A DNA stretch of 30,230 nucleotides from NCBI GenBank assembly GCA_050012475.1, contig JBEKHC010000065.1, forward strand, positions 1 to 30,230, read 5' to 3'. The notes under the pieces were generated by a model that did not search any database, was not told the DNA's origin, and saw only the letters and a list, made by a program, of their open reading frames with translations. Made by a program: the position numbers and the translations under genes. This document shows, piece after piece, positions 24,232-30,230 of the stretch. This DNA comes from Candidatus Velthaea sp. (lineage in GTDB: Bacteria > Vulcanimicrobiota > Vulcanimicrobiia > Vulcanimicrobiales > Vulcanimicrobiaceae). Each line of letters begins with the position of its first letter. Position 1 is the stretch's first letter.

Positions 24232-24478
24232 ATTCTTTCATAACTTTTAGGATCGCCGAACACCGAAAAAACCTTGAGGGGACAAGCCTCGCGCGCGATG
24301 AGGTCGCGCGGCAGCCGGGTTGCTCGGGTACAAACCTGACAAACACTTAACCCCGAATGCATTCAATCGTACCTAAATCGGGGGAGCTGCGGGCCGCGCA
24401 TAAGTACTTTTGACCCTAAACATGCTAGCGTGCGGTCTGATGCCTCAACATCTTGCTGCCGTTCGCCGGCCGTGACGC

Positions 24479-24946
24479 TTACGGCACGAGCCGGATTGCG
24501 TAGTCGCTTTCGATCGACGACTTGAACTCGGCCAGCAGCGCGGCGATGGTGGCAGTCGCGATGCGAAAGCCGATCAAACGATCGAAGAGCATCCCGGCGA
24601 TCCCGCCCGGGGGCGTGTAGGCGCCCAGAATCGTAAGCCGGCAGCTCGATTCGGTTTCGGGCGAGGCGACGAGCGTGCCCTCGAAGCTCGGCAGCGATGT
24701 TCCCTCGCCCAGCGGTTCCCAGCCGATCGCAAGCGCTTGCGTAGCGCTGCCGCCCGTGTAGCGAAGGTGCACGACGACGCGTTTCTCCAGCGTCAGGCCG
24801 TCGATGAAGAATTTCGGCAGCGGGAAGCGCAGCGCCAATGCGGCGCCGCCCGTTTGCGGATGGTGCTCGAGAAAATACGTGCTCATGAACGCCAACGCAA
24901 AAGAGCTCGGCGCCTTCACGGGCACGGTTTGGGTCAGCCGTCGCAC
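24479..24946 (-). CDS. Hypothetical protein, paralog B of 19007-19522
   Basis: WEP...LPSFEGTL...GAYTPPGGIAGMLFDRLIGFRIA; start (GTG 24946) inferred from paralog length. Confidence 0.7.
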   Translation of the reverse strand: MRRLTQTVPVKAPSSFALAFMSTYFLEHHPQTGGAALALRFPLPKFFIDGLTLEKRVVVHLRYTGGSATQALAIGWEPLGEGTSLPSFEGTLVASPETESSCRLTILGAYTPPGGIAGMLFDRLIGFRIATATIAALLAEFKSSIESDYAIRLVP

Positions 24947-25016
24947 CCAGGGGCTATTGCCGACGCCGAACGCCGTTTCCGCCTTTGCAGCCGCGCCGGT
25001 GCGGCGGCCGCCTCCG

Positions 25017-26237
25017 TCAGCGGCGGTCGCTGCGCAGCGACTTGAGTGAGAAAAGACCGAGGGCGAGCGCGGCATATCCGGCGCTTGAGACGAGCATCGC
25101 CGTGCGCGTCCCGAGGCGATCGCCGATGATGCCGCCGGCGAGCGAACCGGGCAGCATCCCGATGATCACGAGCAGCCGGATCACGCCGAAGACGCGCCCG
25201 ACCATGGCCTCGGGGATGATCCGCATGCGCCACGCGATCAGCGAACTCATGGCATAGATGCCGCAGGCGCTCGCGGTCGTCATCGCGGCGACCGCGACCG
25301 GGAGCGAACGGGTCCAGATCGTCGGCGACCAGCTCAGTGAATCGAGAATGAACGCCGCGGTCAGTGCTTTTCCGAACGGCCAGTGGGTGCGTCCACTGAC
25401 GATCGAGCCGAGCACGGTGCCGATCGAGATCGCTCCGAAGGCGAGTCCGACGAGTTGATCGCTGGCGCCGAACTCGCGCTTCAGATATGGGATGATGTTG
25501 ACGAAGCCCATGATGGCGAACGCGTTCATGCACATCTGGGCGAACGTCAGGGTCCGCAGCGCGGCATCGCGGGTCACGAATTGCCAGCCGGCGCGAATGT
25601 CGGCGCCGAGTTCGGCGAGCTCGGGCAGACCGCTGGGCCGTATGGGGCCGAAATCCTTGACCGAAGCGATCGAGATCTGCGAGGTCAGGTAGGTGAAGGC
25701 GTTGAGCACGAGCGCGGGCAGCGGCCCGACCAAGTTGAAGATCGCGCCGCCCACTGGCGGAGCGATCAGGTTGACGCCTTGCTCGGTGGCCACCAGCGCC
25801 GCGACGGCGGCCTTGGCGCCGTCTTTGCCCAACAGGTACGGGATGCTCGACGATTGACAGCCTAAGAAGATCGCGCCGCAGACGGCCAGCGCGACGACGC
25901 CCGTGTAGAGCAGGGGCAGGCTGAGGACGTGCGCCGCGTAGGCAGCCGCGAACAACAGCATGATAGCCAAGCGGATGCCGTCGCAAACCAACATCAGCGT
26001 GCGGCGTGCCAGCCGGTCGGCGAGCGAGCCGCCGAGCAGGCTGAAGAGCGCGAACGGCGCGATCTCCAGCGCGAAGGTCACGCCGAGCGAAACCGCCGAC
26101 CCCGTCAGCCGGAAAACCAGCAGCGGAATCGCGATCGTGCGCAGCCCGTCGCCGAGATAACTGAAGGCCTGACCGAGATAAAATCGCTTGAACGCGGCCG
26201 AACGAAAAACGCTGCCGCGTCGTGAAATGGTCGCCAT
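25017..26237 (-). CDS. MFS transporter (DHA3/EntS-like exporter)
   Basis: 406 aa, about 12 hydrophobic segments; motif A GSLADRLARR; IP..MVGRVFG. Confidence 0.9.
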   Translation of the reverse strand: MATISRRGSVFRSAAFKRFYLGQAFSYLGDGLRTIAIPLLVFRLTGSAVSLGVTFALEIAPFALFSLLGGSLADRLARRTLMLVCDGIRLAIMLLFAAAYAAHVLSLPLLYTGVVALAVCGAIFLGCQSSSIPYLLGKDGAKAAVAALVATEQGVNLIAPPVGGAIFNLVGPLPALVLNAFTYLTSQISIASVKDFGPIRPSGLPELAELGADIRAGWQFVTRDAALRTLTFAQMCMNAFAIMGFVNIIPYLKREFGASDQLVGLAFGAISIGTVLGSIVSGRTHWPFGKALTAAFILDSLSWSPTIWTRSLPVAVAAMTTASACGIYAMSSLIAWRMRIIPEAMVGRVFGVIRLLVIIGMLPGSLAGGIIGDRLGTRTAMLVSSAGYAALALGLFSLKSLRSDRR

Positions 26238-26461
26238 CGTTGCCCCATCGTGTTGGTTGCGATTGGATTGCGCTGTGCGGTGCGCGGCAGCGATTGCGAC
26301 TTAAAGCATAGTTTTTTCGGATTACGCGAATGGCGGGTGCGGTTCCTTGACGGTGCGGCCTCTGTCCGCGAGCCGCCCTGCGGAGGGCCTGCCGCGGGGC
26401 CCACGAACTAACAGACGCGCTGGATGACCCCGTTTGCTCCGCGTGTGAATCCGCGCGACGT

Positions 26462-26537
26462 TCCCGAATAGCTCAGTTGGTAGAGCAGCTGACTGTTAAT
26501 CAGCGGGTCCCTGGTTCGAGTCCAGGTTCGGGAGCCA
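26462..26537 (+). tRNA. tRNA-Asn (GTT)
   Basis: Acceptor TCCCGAA/TTCGGGA, D arm AGCTCAGTTGGTAGAGC, anticodon arm GCTGA-CT GTT AA-TCAGC, T arm CCTGG-TTCGAGT-CCAGG, encoded CCA; 76 nt. Confidence 0.97.
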
Positions 26538-26548
26538 CCTTTGCATCG

Positions 26549-26574
26549 AGGCTGCGCGGCAACGCAGCCTTTTT
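26549..26574 (+). terminator. Rho-independent terminator of tRNA-Asn
   Basis: AGGCTGCG-cggcaa-CGCAGCCT followed by TTTT. Confidence 0.75.
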
Positions 26575-26638
26575 GCATGCAGCGGAATTTGCGCGGGTCG
26601 TCCCGCATGACAGTCCTCACCGAAAGGGAGGCGGGTCC

Positions 26639-27388
26639 TTGGCCGACATTCCGAGCGCAACGTCGAAATCGGTCGTGCGCAAGCGCGCGCGCCCCGCTCA
26701 CAGCGAGCACCACTCGTCTGCCGGCGACACGGTGCGCGACGTGATCATCGGGATGTCGGACGGCTTGACGGTTCCGTTCGCCTTGGCGGCCGGCATCAGC
26801 GGTGCGATCGCTGCTTCGCATATCGTGGTGACGGCCGGCATCGCCGAGTTGGCCGCGGGCGGCATCTCGATGGGGTTGGGCGGGTATCTGGCGGCGCGCT
26901 CGGATGTCGAGCACTACGAGAGCGAGCAGCGCCGTGAGTACGAAGAAACCGAAGAGGTGCCCGAGGAAGAGCGGCGCGAGATCGAAACGATCTTTGCATC
27001 GTACGGGATCGTCGGCGAACCGCTGGCGCAGCTCGTCCACACCGTCACCTCGGACCGCAAGCGCTGGGTCGATTTCATGATGCGCTTCGAGTTAGGGCTG
27101 GAGAAGCCCGATCCGCGCAAAGCGCCGCTCAGCGCGGCGCGCATCGGCGGTTCCTACGTGCTGGGCGGCCTCATCCCGTTGCTGCCCTATATGGTCTTGC
27201 CCAACACGCAGGTGGGACTGCTCTGGTCGGCGATCGTCACCTTCATCGCGCTGGTCGTTTTCGGCGCCGTCAAAGGCCGCTTTACCGGCGTCTCGGTGCT
27301 GACTTCCGCCGTTCAGACATCGCTGATCGGCGCGATCGCGGCGGGAGTGGCCTTCTTTCTCGCGCGGCTGGTCAACGGCAGCTCATGA
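26639..27388 (+). CDS. VIT1/CCC1-family Fe2+/Mn2+ transporter
   Basis: VRDVIIGMSDGLTVPFALAAG, AELAAGGISMGLGGYL, Glu-rich cytosolic domain, MMRFELG; GGAGG RBS before TTG 26639. Confidence 0.88.
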   Translation: MADIPSATSKSVVRKRARPAHSEHHSSAGDTVRDVIIGMSDGLTVPFALAAGISGAIAASHIVVTAGIAELAAGGISMGLGGYLAARSDVEHYESEQRREYEETEEVPEEERREIETIFASYGIVGEPLAQLVHTVTSDRKRWVDFMMRFELGLEKPDPRKAPLSAARIGGSYVLGGLIPLLPYMVLPNTQVGLLWSAIVTFIALVVFGAVKGRFTGVSVLTSAVQTSLIGAIAAGVAFFLARLVNGSS

Positions 27389-28159
27389 TGCAGCCGGCTC
27401 GGCCGCAGTGCTCGGGCCGCTCAGACAGGCGATGATGGCTTCGATCACGCGCTTGGTCTCGTCGGGATCGCGGACTTGGATGCACACCGCGCCGGTCTCG
27501 CGGGCCGGATAATCGTTGCCGCCCGGAAATAACGCGTCGCCGATATAAATCATCGCTTCGATCGGGATGCCCAGCGTGTCGCGCAGTTTGCGGATGCCGT
27601 AGGCTTTGTCGATGCCCGGCAGCGTGATGTCGATCGACGTCGATCCGCCCAAGCGTACGGAGAAATCCGGCAACGTCTTGTCGAGCAGGGCCTTGATCGC
27701 CTTGCGCTTGGCAAAGTCGGGATCCCAGGTTTTCTTTGCCTCCAGCGGTGCGCGCTGGCCCAAGGCCGAGTAGGTGATTTGGCTTTCGCGGTCTTCGATC
27801 GCTTCGCCCCAGGTCGTTTTGGCCTGAAAGCCCGATGCCGCCACGGCGGCGCTGAGCGCGCTCACGATCCGGCGTTTTTGCTCGTCGCTCAAATCCTGAG
27901 CGTACAGTTTTTTCCAACCGCCGTCGTAGGTGTAGAAGCGCGTGCCGCACGTCGGCAGCAGCGATAAATTCTGCAGCGCGTCGTCCGGCGGCAGATGCGC
28001 CACGAGCTGTTGCTCGAATTGCGGCAAATCGCCGCCGGAGATGACGGCGACTTTGACGATCCGCAGGAGTGCCGTGAGCAGCGCTGCCATCTCGGCATCG
28101 ATTGCGGACTTGCTCTCCGCGAGTGTTCCGTCCAGGTCGAAAACGATGAGTTGCTTCAC
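27383..28159 (-). CDS. HAD-IIB hydrolase, eukaryotic-type phosphomannomutase-like
   Basis: FDLDGTLAESK, VISGG, EDRESQIT, GGSTSIDI, DKAY, GDALFPGGNDYP; GTG start at 28159. Confidence 0.88.
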   Translation of the reverse strand: MKQLIVFDLDGTLAESKSAIDAEMAALLTALLRIVKVAVISGGDLPQFEQQLVAHLPPDDALQNLSLLPTCGTRFYTYDGGWKKLYAQDLSDEQKRRIVSALSAAVAASGFQAKTTWGEAIEDRESQITYSALGQRAPLEAKKTWDPDFAKRKAIKALLDKTLPDFSVRLGGSTSIDITLPGIDKAYGIRKLRDTLGIPIEAMIYIGDALFPGGNDYPARETGAVCIQVRDPDETKRVIEAIIACLSGPSTAAEPAAS

Positions 28160-28213
28160 GGGTAATGGTTTCCGCGGCAACGGTGAGAATTCTGCTTTGG
28201 CGAAGCTGACGCG

Positions 28214-29092
28214 ATGAAGTCCATCGATCTTGCTCGCCTGTTGGTCGAACCGGGCAGGAAGATCCACCTGCCGGATATCGATTCCGGCGCAACCGACGGC
28301 TTCGCGAACAAGGACGAAGCGAAAACGACCCTGTGTTCCGACATCGAGCGGCTGTCCAGGCTGCAGGACGTCTTCTACGCCAACGCCCGGCACGCGCTGC
28401 TGATCGTTTTTCAAGGTATGGACGCGGCCGGCAAGGACGGAGCGATCAAGCATGTGATGTCGGGCGTCAATCCGCAAGGCGTCGACGTCAGCAGCTTCAA
28501 GACCCCGTCGAACGAAGAGCTCGCGCACGATTATCTTTGGCGTACGGCCAAGGTGCTGCCCGCGCGCGGGCGGATCGGGATCTTCAACCGTTCGTACTAC
28601 GAAGAACTCGCCGTGGTGCGCATTCATCCGGCGCTGCTCGAACGCGAGCAGCTTCCGCGCGCGAGCGGCTCGCACGTGTGGAAGGAGCGGTTCGAAGACA
28701 TCCTGGCCTTCGAGCGCCATCTTTCGCGCAATGGGACCGTGATTCTGAAATTCTTCCTGCACATCGGCAAAGAGGAGCAGCGCAAACGGCTGCTCGCGCG
28801 CATTGACCGGCCGGAGAAGAACTGGAAGATGTCGCTCGCCGACATCCGCGAACGCACGTTTTGGGATGCCTATCAGCGCGCGTATTCGGAGCTGCTCGCG
28901 CACACCAGCAGCGAGTTTGCGCCCTGGTACGTCATCCCATCGGACCATAAGTGGTTCACGCGCGCGGCGGTCGCCAACATCATCGTTGCGCGCCTCGAAG
29001 CGCTCGGCCTCACGTATCCGGAGGTGAGCGACGAGCGGCGAGCGCAGCTCTTGGCCGAACGTGCCAAGCTCGCCGACGGCCCGGACCCTTAG
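28214..29092 (+). CDS. ppk2: Polyphosphate kinase 2 family (class III-like)
   Basis: Walker A QGMDAAGKDG, NPQG, HDYLWR, Walker B FNRSYYE, KNWK, APWYVIPSDHKW. Confidence 0.93.
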   Translation: MKSIDLARLLVEPGRKIHLPDIDSGATDGFANKDEAKTTLCSDIERLSRLQDVFYANARHALLIVFQGMDAAGKDGAIKHVMSGVNPQGVDVSSFKTPSNEELAHDYLWRTAKVLPARGRIGIFNRSYYEELAVVRIHPALLEREQLPRASGSHVWKERFEDILAFERHLSRNGTVILKFFLHIGKEEQRKRLLARIDRPEKNWKMSLADIRERTFWDAYQRAYSELLAHTSSEFAPWYVIPSDHKWFTRAAVANIIVARLEALGLTYPEVSDERRAQLLAERAKLADGPDP

Positions 29093-29177
29093 CTAAGGCG
29101 GCTTGGGCGAAGCCTAAACGCGACGGATCGACGAAGTCGATCCCCGAGGATTCGTCGAGCGAAGCCGAGACGAATCC
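29087..29177. repeat. REP-like cluster of GAA-loop hairpins between convergent ppk2 and adh
   Basis: CCTTAGCTAAGG palindrome; TTGGGC-GAA-GCCTAA; GGATCGAC-GAA-GTCGATCC; GGATTCGTC-gagcGAAgccga-GACGAATCC. Confidence 0.55.
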
Positions 29178-29179
29178 AT

Positions 29180-30176
29180 CTACCTCATCGTGACCACGGC
29201 GGCGCCGTCGACGGCATCGTTCTTTACCGCGCGCAGTGCCGCGTTCACGTCCGCCAGCGCAAAGACGGTGGCCTGCGGTTTGAGTCCGATTTCCACCGCG
29301 AGCGCCAGAAAATCGCGCGCGTCGGCGCGCGTCATGTTGGCGACGCTGCGAATCTCGCGCTCGCCCCACAACAGCGTGTCGTAATCGAATTCCGGCATCC
29401 GGTCGAGGTGGATCGCATTGATCGCCACGACGCCCCCTTTGCGCAACGCGCCCAGGGCGGCGACGACGACGTCGCCCGACGGCGCGAAGGTGATCGCGCG
29501 GTCAAGCGGCTGCGCGGGGCGCTCGGTCTCGGCGGCGACTTCGTCGGCACCGAGCTGTTCGGCGAAGGCGCGATGTTTCGCGCCCCGCGTCGCGACGAAG
29601 ACCGCGCAGCCCCAGTGTTTGAGGATCGGCAGCGCCAGATGTGCCGACGCGCCGAACCCGTACAACCCGACACGTTCGCCGCGCGTTACGCCGGCAACGC
29701 GCAAAGCGCGAAAGCCGATGATGCCCGCGCACAGCAGCGGGGCGGCGTGCAGATCGTCGAGCCGGTCGCTGAGCGGATAAGCGAAATCGGCCCGCGCGAT
29801 GACCGCTCGGGCATAACCGCCGTCGACGTCGTAGCCGGTGAAGACCGGCGCGTCGCAGAGATTCTCGCGGCCCTCCCGGCAGAACCGGCACGTCCCGTCG
29901 ACGCCGCCCAGCCACGAAACCAAGGGTCAAGGAAACGTCCGGGGCGGCCGCCGCCACGGTGCCGACGATTTGATGTCCGGGCACGATCGTGGGGTGACGC
30001 GGCGGCAATTCGCCCTCGACGATGTGCAGATCGGTGCGGCAAACACCGCAGGCGTGAATCTCGACGAAGATTTCGCCCGCCTGCAGTGGGCGCAGGCTGC
30101 GGTCTTCCAGCGTCAGGCGATCGGCGGCAATCGGTCCCGGCTCGCGCAAGACGGCGGCGGTGTGAGGCGCGCTCAT
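29180..30176 (-). pseudogene. Zinc-dependent alcohol dehydrogenase, frameshifted at about 29921
   Basis: 5' frame has CGVCRTDLH and PGHQIVG; 3' frame has VSWLG..DGTCRFC..GRENLC, GGYA, PLLCAG, GLYGFGASA. The expected GxRVG segment is missing at the frame switch. Confidence 0.85.
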
Positions 30177-30230
30177 TCGGGCGTGCTTTGGCAGGCGCGA
30201 AGCGCGTTCAGTCCAAGCGAGTACCGTCGT

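Noticed and set aside
26462..26537. tRNA-Asn as an island integration site
   Set aside because: No integrase and no duplicated tRNA 3' end seen in the window.
26477..26638. 5' extension of the VIT1 ORF in the track
   Set aside because: It runs through the tRNA and its terminator; the RBS supports TTG 26639.
28160..28948. N-terminal extension of the 27383-28948 ORF
   Set aside because: It is antisense to ppk2; HAD motif I follows the GTG at 28159.

Overview
GC-rich bacterial window with no phage, integrase, IS or CRISPR signal; taxon cannot be fixed from sequence alone (gene content is reminiscent of soil Eremiobacterota/Vulcanimicrobiota, inference only). Left to right: a PemK/MazF toxin with the tail of a likely antitoxin; a cytochrome c-fused PQQ dehydrogenase; a GT8; a DUF3311 + sodium:solute symporter pair; three tandem PAS-SpoIIE(PP2C)-RsbW-type kinase paralogs; a gluconolactonase; an RLP (form IV RuBisCO-like)-cupin-dienelactone hydrolase-yciH run resembling the MTA-isoprenoid shunt; a ~1.5 kb patch of decayed genes; a low-oxygen-type module (ba3-type oxidase cbaD/B/A, SCO, OmpR regulator, sensor-less Cys-rich histidine kinase, ackA, two paralogous hypothetical proteins); an MFS gene; tRNA-Asn; VIT1/CCC1; a HAD-IIB hydrolase; ppk2; and a frameshifted Zn-ADH. 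The best candidate for an undescribed system: two SpoIIE paralogs begin with a His-less pseudo-DHp domain that aligns without gaps to the DHp of the sensor-less kinase next to the ba3 oxidase genes, followed by a FixL-like PAS. This suggests a sensor supplied in trans that links His-Asp and Ser/Thr partner-switching signalling. All family calls come from motif recognition by eye, not database searches.
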